Shown here piece by piece: positions 1-12,067 of a stretch of DNA of 64,000 nt. The notes below the pieces were generated by a model. It was not told the origin of the DNA and ran no database searches. It worked only from the letters and a program-made list of their open reading frames with translations. Position 1 is the first letter of the stretch. Each line of letters starts with the position of its first letter. A program made the position numbers and the translations under genes. Source of the stretch: Takakia lepidozioides (lineage: Eukaryota; Plantae; Bryophyta); contig CM060733.1 of the NCBI GenBank assembly GCA_030704615.1, forward strand, positions 1 through 64,000. The letters run 5' to 3'.

Positions 1-171
1 CTCATGCTTTTCTTGCAAATTGTATGTTGTCTCTCCTTTGTGGGCTTTCTGCGGGACGTTATAAAGTACATTTCATTGCATTTGAATCTTTGATTGATCA
101 AGGAAGTAATGCGCATTTTGGAGGTTTGCAGCTCTCCAGGACAGCTTCTGCACTGCTGATCGTTCTGAGAA

Positions 172-443
172 GTGGCAGCGATGGTCCCCATCATTAGTTT
201 CAGAAGGGAGTGGAGGCTCCAGTCCTCTATGTTGAGCGAAGAAGATGGCAGAATCAGTCTCAATAACGCTAGGCAAACGCCTGGTTTGAAGTCAGGCACT
301 ATAACTCTTCAAGGGTCTTATTCCCGTGGATACAGATGGGTCACGACCCTCACCTGGACGAAGATCAACAGACCTTAAATCTGGACGCCAATGCAGTCAT
401 TGCCGTTGATGGTCATTCCGAGTTCTTTTCAGAACCCCTGCAA
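172..443 (+). pseudogene. Possible frameshifted first exon encoding a small N-terminal 'header' domain, perhaps of the downstream NTPase-REase gene
   Basis: Overlapping ORFs 172..378 and 336..548 join into ...EEDGRISLNNARQTPGLKSGTITLQGSYSRG..TLTW..DAVIAVDG, followed by a GT donor (gcaa|gtatgt, ~444). The link to the 3231 ORF is inference only. Confidence 0.25.
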
Positions 444-2484
444 GTATGTTTGCCTCTATCTGTACTTCTTTCTCGTATGTATGGCTCGTACAGCAGATTA
501 CGTAAGTTTTTCCTTATCTGGTTATCTGTAGTTACTCCTGATGAATGAATGAGTTCTCTTTGTTTCCTTTCCCTGCAATATCCTGCAGGTAGGCATCACC
601 CAGGGTAATTCTCTAGAATGTATTTCTAGCTAATCAGGCTGCTCATAGAGCTGTCGAGCAGTCTGATAAGAGCCAGCGTATGGCAGCGTCCAATTTATAT
701 TCCTAGTCATTTTGTTGGTTGATAGATTGCTGCGGGCAGCGCCTCCTACCCTCAGAGAATGGCTGAAGAAAAAGTTGCCGGATCATGTTCTATGGTTTTG
801 AGTTGCCATTTTGTTGAGCTTGCTGCATTGCACTGCTTCTTGGAAATGTCTGGCCGTGAACCTTTGTGGGCACTTTTCGTGCAAGGTCAGAGGGCAAGCC
901 CTTCTGAATCTCTTGAAGCGCAGTGGTCGGTCAGATTGCGGCAGATGATGGCAGGTTTAAAGTGTTGTGTGGCCTGAAACCCTAACTCTAAACCGTCATT
1001 TTGGTAGTTCACTTGTGAGTGATTGCCGTCCTGCGCATCCACTTCTATTTTTATTGTGAGGGAGAGGGAGTCTTCCTTGTGTCTCTGGAGCTCTCTTGGA
1101 TTTTTTGCATCCATAACCATAACCGCAACAGTTTTGGACAGGCTCAATGGCATCCCAAGAGTATGTACAGGGTTAGGGTTTCAAATCTTCATCTGATTTT
1201 TGTTACGTCTCTTGCTTCTTGGTTGAACGGTGTTGTGTCTGTCTTCGCAGGCTACTTTCTTTGTGGGATTGTTGGTTATGGAAACCATGGTTGATGGTTT
1301 AGGGTGTCAGATAGTGCGTCAAGGAGGGAGTCTGGTGAGTGTAAGTTTGTAGGGTTTGCTACCAATGTGTGAAGAATGAGTTTCTGTTCTCTCTTCAGTA
1401 CTTTGATGCATGTGACCTGCGAATCAGTAGTGTTGTTCAAACCTTTACGATTTCTTGAGTACCATCTTCAGAAGATAGAAAGCTCTAGCCGAAATTGTGC
1501 GCATGTTTTGAGCTGTTAATTGGTCGATGACAGAATGTGGTTGTTGGTGACTTATGTGAGTTAACCAAAACCGCCTTGGCTGCAGAACCTTCTGTGACAG
1601 AGTTCACCCATTAGCTAGGGTGTCAGATAGTGCGTCATGGGAGAGTCTGGTGAATGTCGATGGGTTGCCTAGGGCAGTCTGAGCCCGTTTGTTTTTATGT
1701 CTGCAATTCTGATGATGGGCAGGCACATTTGAATTCTCGCAAGACAATTGGGCAGTTGATTGTTGAACCTGCTGCAGTTGCTGATTTGTTCAATGATTCG
1801 TTCAATGCGTAGCTTGGAGTCAAGTGTTTGCAATTTTTTTGGTTTCTTGGCTGCGTTGTGCACTCAGGGTTTCAACAGCTTCTCCAATCCCGTGTGTGAT
1901 CCTGTGTACGGTTGATACATGCAGTTTATTCATTCGATAGATCCATGTTAACAAGTAAAATATGAGGGGGGTCCTTTGAAAGACACGGTTGTTTGTTAGG
2001 ACAGGGTATTTCAAACTGAATCTAGTATCTTGAGATATTTGCATATTTTTAGCATTACAAGCAGCTTCTTGGTAGCGTTTATGGTTTGTTTTTTTTCGTT
2101 ATGTTTTTTGCTTTGAACCCTCTGAAGCTGCTGGTATGTTATCAATAGTACAGTGATTGCTGTCCTTACACCCTCTTCTATTTTTATTCCAAGTCGTTTT
2201 GTTGGTTGATACTTGTGGTTTATTCTTTTGTAGCACCCCCAGCAGGTAACAGGGTTTGCACTTGAAGGTTTCCAGACCTAAAGGACTATTATTTTCTTAA
2301 GGTGGGTCAGATTGCGGCAGATGAGGGCAGGTTTAAAGTGTTCTGCGTTTTGTCTTCTTTTCTCTTCGGTGTGTTACGTTTTCCCAGTCTATATACATTG
2401 TCTATCACTGTTGTGGTTCTTGCCAAGATCCAGGTAGGGTACATGTATTGGTTGTGCAATTGTTGGTCTTATGATGATTGGCTG

Positions 2485-2805
2485 TAAGGCCAACCATAAT
2501 CTTTTGTCATTACGACCATGGTGGGTTAAGTTTATGTCACTGTACAACTTCTCCCAGTAAAGCCTCTTCTGATCCCTTACAAGCTGATTGACCTCTTTAC
2601 GCAGTTGGTAGTATCTAGACCAGAGCATTTTTTCATCTTTGATATTACAGCAGTCCTTATAGAGCGCCTGCCTCTCAGCAATCTTGAGCTTGACTCATGG
2701 GTCCACCAATTTACTGCTCTACCACAGATAATTAGTTTCCTTCCATGACTCTATTAGCAGCAGAAGTGGCGAAGCTCTCCCAAGAATCTACAGCACCTTC
2801 TACCT
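2485..2805 (-). mobile_element. LINE ORF2 fragment (inter-domain region), same family as the LINE at 31420-34980
   Basis: Translation LWSRYYQLRKEVNQLVRDQKRLYWEKLYSDINLTHHGRNDKRLWLALQ and VDSWESF match ORF 33032..34012 (VLWARYYQLRKDINQLVRSQKKLYWDKLYSEINSNHHGGNDKKFWLALQ). Confidence 0.85.
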
Positions 2806-3230
2806 CCCTCCTTGTATCACCATGGGCAAGAGGAGAGATCTTGAAGTGACTGTGTAAAGTGTGGGAGGGCCTCTTTCAAGGCCCTCTGTGATGGGTGGAG
2901 TCTGACATATATGCAGTGGGAGAGAGATTTGGTTTAGGGTTACAGGATGCTGCCATACAACAGCAGTTTCATCAGTAATTCCATGGTAAGAGTTTGGATG
3001 AATGCAGATCTTTTGAAATTTGACAAAATCTGACATATTTGCAGGGGGAGAGAGATCTGCGAAGAGATTGAAAACCTCTGGAAACGGGTTTTCAGGTAGA
3101 GCTACTCTGTTACTTGGCCTTCCCTTCCATGTTCCCCTTCTCTTTGCATTTTCTTTGGTCATAGGCTTTGTTGGTGTATCTTTTGTATTGTTCAATTATT
3201 TGCAAGATAGGATGCTCTTATTTTTGATAC

Positions 3231-5324
3231 ATGGATCTGTCAGGAGTGACGGAAAGTGTGTGGGTTTTGCTTACAGAATCAGTGAAGGTGGTTATGCAAG
3301 AATGGAAATTGAAATTTTCTGGGTTTTTGGACACGTTCAAAAAGATGGGGTGCAATTTGTCTATACAGAACGGTGTGCCACTTGACCACCGTGGTTATCC
3401 AAGCATTTTACTGGATAAATTAACTGCTCGTTGGACTGAAGATGTTGGTGATTTGTGGGAACGAGCGAATGATGGCTCGACTGGTGTTGTGCCAGTTGTT
3501 GGAGTGAGTGGGAGTGGGAAAACTCGGTTTCTTTACGAGCTGCTTGCAGAGAAGTGGGGTTTTTTTTGGACAGCTAAAACCAAAGGAAACGGTGGGTCAG
3601 ATGATGTCGCCTCTGTGAGTTCTCACGAGATAGAGGTCGATAAGGCAATGAATCACAGGAATGTGCTGAAACGTATGAGGTGTGCCATTCTTTCAAGGTT
3701 GTTAATCTTGGAATTTTGTCACCAAGAAATTCCTGATTTGAGTCCTCTGCAATGGCTCATGCTCCAGGTGCAATTCCGTGCTTTCCTTGGTGCAGATCGT
3801 AACGATCTATATGATGTGCTTACTCTGAAACTTTTTAACGTGGTTACTTCCCTGGAAGATTCAGAGGGGCTAAATGCTAGGATAGAAAAACTGTGGACGG
3901 ATTTAGAGGGGAAGGTTGGCACTTTCACTGTAGTTCTGGATGAAGCGCAGGTGTTGGGAAGGAAAAATGTAAATGACTATGAATCCCCTGAGACGAAAGA
4001 GCTAAGGTCCATTTTTTCTCCGTTGATCAAAGCCCTAGTGGGGCCATCTACGGCGTTGCCAAAGCAGAAAGTATTTGTTGCTGGTACAGGTGTCAGCTTT
4101 TTGAAGCTGGAAGCGGACATAGGTTCGCTGATTGCAAAAGAAGGGGGTGGTGGCCCGGTTCAATTTTCTTCTGCTCCATTTTCTTCATGGACAGATGTGC
4201 GTCAGGTTCTGAAATTCTGCAGCGAGTACCTGAAGCTAGAGGATGATCATATGGAGGACAATGCCCAGTATCTGCTGGAAAAGTTCAGAGGCCGTCGAAG
4301 GTGTTTGGTAAGTTGTGTCGAGCGCCTTCTGAGGAAGGCTGGAGGAAGATGGGATATAACGGTAGTAGACAACTATTTCAAGGAGATCACAAGCAACACC
4401 AATGACAGCACTTCCATTTATTATGCTGTGAGCGCTCTGTGTGGAGCAAAAGGCACATTTGTCCTGAAAGAAGAATCATTCAATGGTGCTTCCTTGGTGC
4501 AAAGAATAGGAACCTCCTTTGCCTATGCAGGGAGGGGAGAACATACCGTTTCAACGGACGGAGATATGACTTTGCTCGAGTGTGGCCTTGGACAGCTACA
4601 CCATTCAACAGGTTCCCAATTCACTTTCTCTATAGTCGAACCGACAGTCCATCATAGCATCATGAACTATTTGACGATCAACCATTCATTTGAGAAATCG
4701 CTTAAAGACTACATGGTTGATTGCAAGGATGATCCCAGTGCAATGGGTAGGGCATGGGAGAAACTTTTCACAGTTCATGTGGCCAAGCTGTTTGACGGCA
4801 CAAAATTGTTGGCCGATATGTGCTGTTTCAAGGATGCAACCCTGCCTCCAAAATTCGCAAGGGACAAGCCAACGATTACCGGTGAAGGTGAAGGAGTGTG
4901 GAGGGAGTCATATAGGATCCACACCGTAAGTAAATTTCTTGATGCTGAAGAGAAATCTCGTCCGCCATGCCTCATTTTTGACGACAGATCTGGAGCTGAT
5001 GTTCTTTTTGTTGTGAGACTTGGGAATTTGAAGATTCCTGTCTTCTGTCAACTGAAGCTGCGATCTGAGGTGCAGTGGGCTAGAGCAGTGGCAACTACAG
5101 ATCCGGAACAGATGTACAAGAATAGTTCCGAGTCCAAAACGAGGGTGCTTGCCGCATGCAAAGATGGTTGCATCAGCTTGGTAGTTGCCTATCCTGCAAA
5201 GAAGCCAGCTAAACTCCAATCTGAATGCCAAGATAATCGTTTAATTGGCTATATTGGACAGGTAGAAGCGGAGGATTTGTTTGACCGCGTGTTATGTGAT
5301 TTCTTACGTTCTATCAAGGAGTGA
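3231..5324 (+). CDS. Crinkler/RHS-like protein: P-loop NTPase followed by a PD-(D/E)xK restriction-endonuclease-like domain
   Basis: Uninterrupted 697-aa ORF with Walker A GVSGSGKT and Walker B-like VVLDEAQ. The C-terminus has GRAWE...GADVLF...FCQLKL (E..D..QxK REase pattern). This architecture is that of CR-NTPase+REase proteins. The true 5' end may be spliced (cttacag acceptor ~3277). Confidence 0.7.
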   Translation: MDLSGVTESVWVLLTESVKVVMQEWKLKFSGFLDTFKKMGCNLSIQNGVPLDHRGYPSILLDKLTARWTEDVGDLWERANDGSTGVVPVVGVSGSGKTRFLYELLAEKWGFFWTAKTKGNGGSDDVASVSSHEIEVDKAMNHRNVLKRMRCAILSRLLILEFCHQEIPDLSPLQWLMLQVQFRAFLGADRNDLYDVLTLKLFNVVTSLEDSEGLNARIEKLWTDLEGKVGTFTVVLDEAQVLGRKNVNDYESPETKELRSIFSPLIKALVGPSTALPKQKVFVAGTGVSFLKLEADIGSLIAKEGGGGPVQFSSAPFSSWTDVRQVLKFCSEYLKLEDDHMEDNAQYLLEKFRGRRRCLVSCVERLLRKAGGRWDITVVDNYFKEITSNTNDSTSIYYAVSALCGAKGTFVLKEESFNGASLVQRIGTSFAYAGRGEHTVSTDGDMTLLECGLGQLHHSTGSQFTFSIVEPTVHHSIMNYLTINHSFEKSLKDYMVDCKDDPSAMGRAWEKLFTVHVAKLFDGTKLLADMCCFKDATLPPKFARDKPTITGEGEGVWRESYRIHTVSKFLDAEEKSRPPCLIFDDRSGADVLFVVRLGNLKIPVFCQLKLRSEVQWARAVATTDPEQMYKNSSESKTRVLAACKDGCISLVVAYPAKKPAKLQSECQDNRLIGYIGQVEAEDLFDRVLCDFLRSIKE

Positions 5325-5974
5325 CGGGGACAAATTTTGTGATGGCTCATGGAGTATTGAGAAGGTGAGATTCATTGGGATACTGGCTCTATTTTTTGTG
5401 TTTGGTGACATTTCTATATTCTCTTGTTGCTGTCACACCTTTCCACGCTATAGAAGTATACTACTAAGTTAGACTGCTTCTGTATTCAACCATGGACCAA
5501 CTTCAAGAACCTGTGAAAAAGGGACACAAATTAATGACAAGTATGTTTTCATGAACCAATCAATGAGTTCATCAGCTTTGTGTTACACTGCATGATACGA
5601 TGGTGTGACATGTTTGCAGGATATTCCAGAATAATTTTGTTTCCAGGGGAGTCGGCAGGTCAATTGGTTCAACACCAAGGCGTGGTTGTGTGTTGTAGTG
5701 CACTGGGCATCAGGTGCCATTGCGAATTGAGATTAGGTGTGAATATTCTTGAAGTTGTGTTTTGGCTACACTTGGCGGTGAGTCAAGTGAACCAAATAGC
5801 GTTAAGATAGACTTCTACTAGGAGTTGTAGACCAGAGTTTTTCATATCATTGGAAGATGTGCAGGCACTCTGAGTATCAGATTCCTTGTGTGTGCCGACG
5901 GTGGCTTCTATGCAGTGATTTCCGTGATCACTTTTGATTTTTTGTGATTTACCATTCGGAAATTAAAAACCAAC

Positions 5975-6190
5975 AGTCGGTAGCTCAGTTGGCTAAGTGC
6001 ACTAAGTGCGACCGAGGCGATTCTGGGGTCAAATCTTGCTACTGACGGGTGTGGCATACTCTTCTCCCCGGTTCCTGGTCCTGGCGGAAAGAGGTTATTT
6101 TCTCCTCTCACTGTTAAGGGGCCTGATTTGTGAGCTGTCGCCCCCCAGGTGTTCCCCTTTTTTTAAGAAAAAACAATAAAGTAAAATAAA
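5975..6190 (+). mobile_element. tRNA-derived SINE
   Basis: A-box TAGCTCAGTTGG (~5980) and degenerate B-box GGGTCAAATC (~6026), then a ~130-bp non-tRNA body and a T/A-rich tail. No complete cloverleaf. Confidence 0.6.
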
Positions 6191-7499
6191 ATAAAAGAAT
6201 AAATACAAATACGTGAAGAATACAAATATATGAAGAGGTACAAATACATGAAGAAATCAAAAGTGCTTTTTATTTCGGAACAAAGGGAGTAAAAGATGAA
6301 AACCATTATTTAGAGTTCACCTTATTTGTGTCACTATGCACTAGTAATGTACAAGTCAAAAAATTTAATGTAAGACATTGATATATAGTGACCTACAAAG
6401 TTGCACAACATTTTGGAGCGGGGCTGCATGCAGGGGTGGGCTGCCCTTCAATTTTCTTAGAGCCCAGCTAAACCGGCAAATCGCAGATCTCATAATGGGG
6501 CACCGCCACCTCGTGCATGTCAGGAAACGGGCCCTCCACTTGCTGACTGGAGAATGTCTGTCTCTGCGTTGCAAGGGAAACTCCGCTTCAAGGTTTTTAG
6601 TCGGTGCTCTTCTTTCCAATTCCATACCACTTGCAATCTTTACGTTCCTCTCCTGTTTTTCATTTGTTTTTGTTTTGATTCTCCACTGCAATCACACGCC
6701 ACATTTTCATGTATTTTGTTTCTGTCACCCCAACATTTCCTCTCCAAGCATTTATTGCTCAATTCCCCGTCTCCGATTGCATAGGGGTTCTTGCAACCCT
6801 AGCTGTCCGTGCATAGGGCCATGGAGGAGGAGGATGCGGATCTTGATTGTGGCTTTCGTTTCGATCGTTGTTCGGGAAGCGCAAGCGGACCAGTCAAAGG
6901 CGGAGAGCGGCTGTGCTCGGCGACTTAGGCAGGAGTCCTCATATGCAGTATCACGCTCTGTCTCTCGTCCGTGAGGTATTCCACAATGGAAATCGTTCGA
7001 AAATTGAGCATAGTTTCCGATTTTGTGATTGAAGTGAAACCTAATTTTTTGTTGTTGTCAAAAGTAAGGTGATCGTACCAAAATAAGTGATATATTAATC
7101 ACTGGGCATAGTTACTACTATTAGAATGGTCAAGTTTTTGTATATTTTTGTTAGCAGATTAAAGTGGATTCCAATGCAGCAAAGAATGCGTGGATTCAAA
7201 AATCATAAGGTTTCGAAGTTTTTTGTTAGGTGACTTAGAACCAACGCAAGTTTTTATGTCAAGGTGGTGGACATTTTCAAAATTAATTTGTACTCATCGT
7301 GAAAGATTTTAGGTCTGAATTAAATACCTCTACCTTATTTAACCTTTAAGTTCCCAAACCCTTTTTTTTTTTAACTTTTTACCAATTTTTGGTACCCAGC
7401 TGCAGTAAATTGCCCCTAGAAACCTACCAAAAATCATCCAGAGATTCCAACCATATAGCAATGGGCCTAGCTCATTTATGCATGCAATACCAAAAATGA

Positions 7500-8560
7500 G
7501 CCGAGTCCATGAACACTTAGCTCAGTATTTAAGCACCTTGGAATTTCCCCCAGGATTGGATCGACATGCGCGACGAAGGCTTCGACTGCGCAACATGAAG
7601 TTTGCTCTTGTGGGAGGGCAATTTTATAGAAGGGGATTGGATAGACTCTTGAGCCGATGCGTCACCCCGGAGGAGGTTCCCCAGATTTTAGAGTCAGCCC
7701 ATGATAGCATGTGCGGAGGACGCTTTGCAGGGCGGCTCACAGTGCAAAAGGCTTTGAGGGTAGGATACTACTGGCCCTCCATGTTCAAAGATGCGCACAT
7801 GCATGTGCGAAAATGCGACTCTTGTCAAAGGTACGCCAAGCGAAATAACAGGCTCGGAATGCCATTAGTCCCACTCTCCCCCTTGCTCCGTTTGAGAAGT
7901 GGGGGATCGACTATGTAGGGGAAGTGCACCCTGCATCGAGTCGACAAAATCGCTACATCATTATAGCCACTAAGTATCTGACCAAGTGGGCAGAAGCCAA
8001 AGCGGTTAAGAGAGCCAACGCAAAGGTAACCGCCTCTTTGAATATATCATTTTCCGATTCGGATGCCCAAAAGAGATAGTGAGTGACAGAGGATCTCACT
8101 TCATCAACGACATCATCGAGGAAATGATGGTGGCATTCTCCATCAAGCATCACAATGCGACCCTTTATCATCCACAAACGAGTGGGCAGGTGGAGCGCGC
8201 CAACCAAACCCTGTGCAACATTCTCTCCAAGACAATCAGGGAGCACAAAAGGGATTGGGACACCAAGTTAATTTCGGCCTTGTGGGCATTTCGTACAACC
8301 CATAAGGTAACTACTCGACATACCCCCTTTTCATTGGTTTATGGGGTAGAGTTCATCATGCCAATCGAGACAGAAATCCCATCTCTACGATTGGCCATTA
8401 CCGAACGATTGGCGACAATCAGAGTCATTAAATGAACGACTCGAGATGTTGGAAGGACTGGATGAAATCCGGCAAGCAGCAGCTCAGCACATTGAGGCAG
8501 TTGCAACGGCGAAGGAAGGCTCACTTCGATGCTAAGCGCAAAAAGAGAATATTCGATCCA
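7500..8560 (+). mobile_element. Ty3/gypsy integrase fragment (H2C2 zinc-binding + rve core), frameshifted
   Basis: AHDSMCGG..GYYWPSMFKDAH..CDSCQ; FEKWGIDY; SDRGSHF; YHPQTSGQVERANQTL; ALWAFRT..TPFSLVYG, spread over three frames. Confidence 0.9.
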
Positions 8561-9883
8561 TGGATTGTTTCTTTGGAGCCACCGACAACGCTACCCAGCA
8601 CACCTGAGAGGGTAGGGGCTTTGCACCGTGGCAATTGTGAGATTATACCGTTGGCCCAGACCTCAAATATCAGGTCCCAAAGAAAAAGTGAGAAAAAAAT
8701 TGGTTTGACCAAATTAAAACCTAGCTTTATCCAATTTTGCTTGCCCCAAGACCCACCATTTCCAAATCAAAAGTGGAGTGGCTATGACCCCATCAAATTG
8801 CAGGTCCAAGGGTTTAGGGTTTAGGGTTCAAGGTGGTCAACAAAGGCTTGCAAAGGTAACAAAAAGTAGAAAAAATATTGGAAAAAGACAAATTTTTTTA
8901 AGGGGGGCCGGTTCGGACCCAAATACAAATGCAATGGAAACCAAGACAAATGCATACAAAGTGCGCCTATCGTGCCTAAAGGGATGCTATAAGACTATTA
9001 TGTCTTATGCAAGGACTCCCGCCCTCACGAGATAAGGTTCTATAATTGAAGAATGAGGCACTTTCGCTCCAACCGTAAGCTTTTTTATGTTTGCTCCTCC
9101 TTGTTTAGCGACAAAAATCTTGCTCACTATGGGCAAGCATGCGCTCAAGGCACTCACAAACATAGGGTCAAGTCTCAACCCCTAGTTGGAAAACTTATAT
9201 GCCCCACCTTCAAAAAGAGGTTCGTACCTCTAAGGAAGAATGGGAGGGATTACCGCATAAGGTCATCGACAAGAAGGTTAGGTCGGCAGAGGCCTGCGCA
9301 TGCCCATAGTCCTCTGATCGCTCGAGATGAACTCGAGGGAGGATCAACCAAGTCCCTTCTCTCCGACCATCGGGCGTATGACAGGGAGAACTGTGTAGTC
9401 GGGGCTAAATTAGGCTCTATACGCCTATGCTTCGGAAAGGATAAAGGCCTCGGAAGTATCCAAGGGTTGGGATTCCCCTTGGAGCCAAGCACCCCTTCGA
9501 CCTTCGATCCAAGTTGCCCGGGCAGGCAAGGACTAGACTCTCAACTTCTCTAAGTGTGGCGACACAAAAAGAGTTAAGGTGTTTTATTCCAAACAAGTTT
9601 CGCTTGATTGCTCAAGCTCATAAGTGGAACACCAAGAGATGAAGTCCTAAGAGCCAAGCCTATCCTTATATACTAGAAAAGCACCTTCACTATGTGCAAA
9701 CAATATGGGATAATTCCCAAGGCAATAATAATGCCACTAAAGCAATAATTTAGCTTCCAAGTCAAGACTGCATTAATTAGTCAATGGTCCAAATTAATTG
9801 TTGGAACCCTTTGACTTTAACATCAATACTAAGGCTATCAAAGAGGCAAAATTAATAATGCTAGGGACATTTGCACTACAAAA

Positions 9884-10548
9884 TCATCCTATCATTCTAG
9901 ATTTAACTAAGAATGAACTCAGCTCTCGCGGATTCCTCCAACAAATCATCGTTCGAGGAAAAAACCGAAGCTCCAGGACTTGCTGAAGCAACTCGTAGAG
10001 TCTAGGGTTTAGGATGGCCCCCAAGTTTAAAGCTCGAGTGTACGAAGAGTAGTCGAGCTTAAGAACAAGGGGGGCCTGTTTACCCTCTACTACGCGTTGC
10101 GTCTGTTGGTCGAGTAGAGCGGATCTGAGGTCGTAGGAGATCTTGGTGAAGCAACTCCAGATGAACGCCGCCGGATTACCTCGGGCTCGAAGACGTTTGT
10201 AAAACAAAAGTCGCAAATGGTTGAACCCTTGGATGGTGCTTTCTCGTATTACGTACCGTTGGAGCTCGCCGATAACGAAATCTTTCTTTTGGTGATGTGG
10301 ATGCCACGAGGACCAAGGCAAGTATTGATACTTGTTCTGGGCCTTTTGATGACATCTAATAGAAAGCCGTCGAGTTTGGATGAAGTCGTCTCCTTTGAAG
10401 AAGGTGATATCCAAGATGTCGGCGGACGTCGGGCTTATGGTGGTCATGATTTTGATGCCATCAAACATGGAACCGTAGTTCCGTAACTAGGACCGGAGGC
10501 TTTTTTCGGATCCTACCCAGATGCCAAAGTCGTCGTTGATATAGCAAG
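9884..10548 (-). mobile_element. Penelope-like element: RT C-terminal half and thumb/HTH region (degenerate)
   Basis: Reverse strand ~10545 reads CYINDDFGIWVGS (PLE-type YIDD-FGIW), then ILDITF, HQKAQNKYQYLPWSSWHP..K..FVIGELQRYV....F....FYKRLRARG and ICWRNPRELSSFLV. Confidence 0.8.
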
Positions 10549-10559
10549 AGGGTTCTCTC

Positions 10560-10875
10560 CTTTGCGGAGCGACAACTCCTGGGCCTTGGTCTCAATTACA
10601 TTCCTCGTCCTCTTCCCCCTTCCCGATCTTCAATCATCACCGAATTCAACAATTTTGCTCGAAGCTTGAGGTTGCAAACGTTCTTCTCCGGCAAAGACAA
10701 CGATGAGGTTCTTCTTTGGTGCGTTCCGAATCCATCGTTTAATCCGCCAGTGGAATCTCAACCACTCGAGGCCATCATTCGAGAAGGTAATGATCTTTTG
10801 TCTAGCCGTTTGGATCGAATCGCCCGCAATGCACGACCTTGTCTGCCGAGACACTTGATCTTGCAAAAGCAATCA
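10560..10875 (+). mobile_element. Penelope-like element N-terminal ORF fragment, inverted relative to the RT fragment
   Basis: Translation LLGLGLNYIPRP ... EFNNFARSLRLQTFF ... PNPSFNPP...PLEAII resembles the PLE N-terminal motifs (L.KGL.F.P / F.R.LRL..FF / W.PP..LE). Confidence 0.65.
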
Positions 10876-11056
10876 AACGGTTACTCTAACTTCCCTTCAC
10901 CTCTGCACAAATATTGGTTCTCTAATGTCCTACAAAATGCCATGAGGATAAACACCTAGACTCTTGGAGCGATGTCATTTGTTCTGAGAAACAGTTTTAG
11001 TTCCAGCATGGTACATGACTCATCCTTTCATCTTCCATAGAAAGAAGAAATCCAAA

Positions 11057-12038
11057 GGGAGGTCACTTCCAAATATTACCACTTGACGTGCAAAAAAATA
11101 TAGGGTGCCCAAAATTCTGAGAAAATAAAATTTAGAATATATTTATAGGGTACTAATATATTGGCGGCACCACATTTAAATTAATATAGGGTCCAAAATG
11201 AAGACGGATTCTTCAAAAAAATTAAAACTAATATAGTATGGAGATAAATTAAATGGACACGTGTCGATCAGTGACACGCAGCGGAGAGGGCGTAGACGCA
11301 TGTGCATAACAACCTTAGGCTTCCCTCTCTCATGTTGGCTGCAATTCATGGTGACATTGTGCTAGACAGACAGAAAAGAAAGGGTTGTGCGCTCAGTGGT
11401 GCAAGCATTGTGGCCCATAGGTTTTGAAGCTTGCAGGACGTGACAATGGAGAAGCGTAGATTGAGAGAGAAGGATGGCAACACAAACATGGCGGCCCATA
11501 GGTTTTGAGAGACATGGTGGATAGGCAGAATACAAAAAATGAGCAGAAAGATATGGAGCAGGTGGGAGGTCTCTTGACAACCAGTTGATTTCCTTAACAA
11601 ACCAGCCACAACAATCATGGTGCTTCTCAACTACTTCTCAAAATCTAGAGGGCATCTGAAATTCAAATATGATGTAACTGACAACAAGTGGATAAATATG
11701 AATTCGATTATTAGTTCAGTTACTATGAGATTTGATTTTGCTCAAAACCTTTATACTTTAAATATGCTGATGCATCTACTTTGGATAAATTTGTTTCTAG
11801 CAAATAAAAAATTCATTACCCCGTTTTTTTTTTTTTTTTAAATTCAGGTTAATATAGGGTGTCCAATATTTGTTATCTGCTATAAAATATAAATAATATA
11901 GCCTACAAGAAAATATGTCATATTACAAAATTATGTAATAATAGGGTGGCCAAAAATCCAGAAAATAAAATTAATACCCCCATAGAAAATGCCTATTTGC
12001 CTCAAGTGCCTAGGAAACTAGATAGGGAGTGACCTCCC
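11057..12038. mobile_element. Non-autonomous TIR element (MITE-like), ~980 bp
   Basis: TIRs GGGAGGTCACTTCC (11057) / GGGAGTGACCTCCC (12025-12038) match at 13 of 14 bases. AT-rich subterminal blocks carry repeated ATAGGGT motifs at both ends. No clean TSD (caaa vs cgaa). Confidence 0.6.
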
Positions 12039-12067
12039 CGAAAAGAAATCTCGGCCTCTGCAAATTT

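Noticed and set aside
929-2343. Short direct duplications (929-965 vs 2305-2342; ~1300-1340 vs ~1616-1655) as LTRs or TSDs
   Set aside because: They are only ~40 bp with no TG..CA, PBS or coding support; probably local duplications in an intron-like region.
5975-6050. tRNA gene
   Set aside because: A/B boxes are present but there is no acceptor stem or cloverleaf, and a body plus A/T tail follows. Called a SINE instead; the same applies to 55600-55665.
8810-8829. Telomere or interstitial telomeric array (TTTAGGG)
   Set aside because: Only about two and a half units; such telobox-like motifs are common in plant DNA.
9040-9880. Possible solo LTR; ORF 9053..9553
   Set aside because: LTR-like composition but no partner, termini or TSD identifiable, and the ORF has no recognisable motif.
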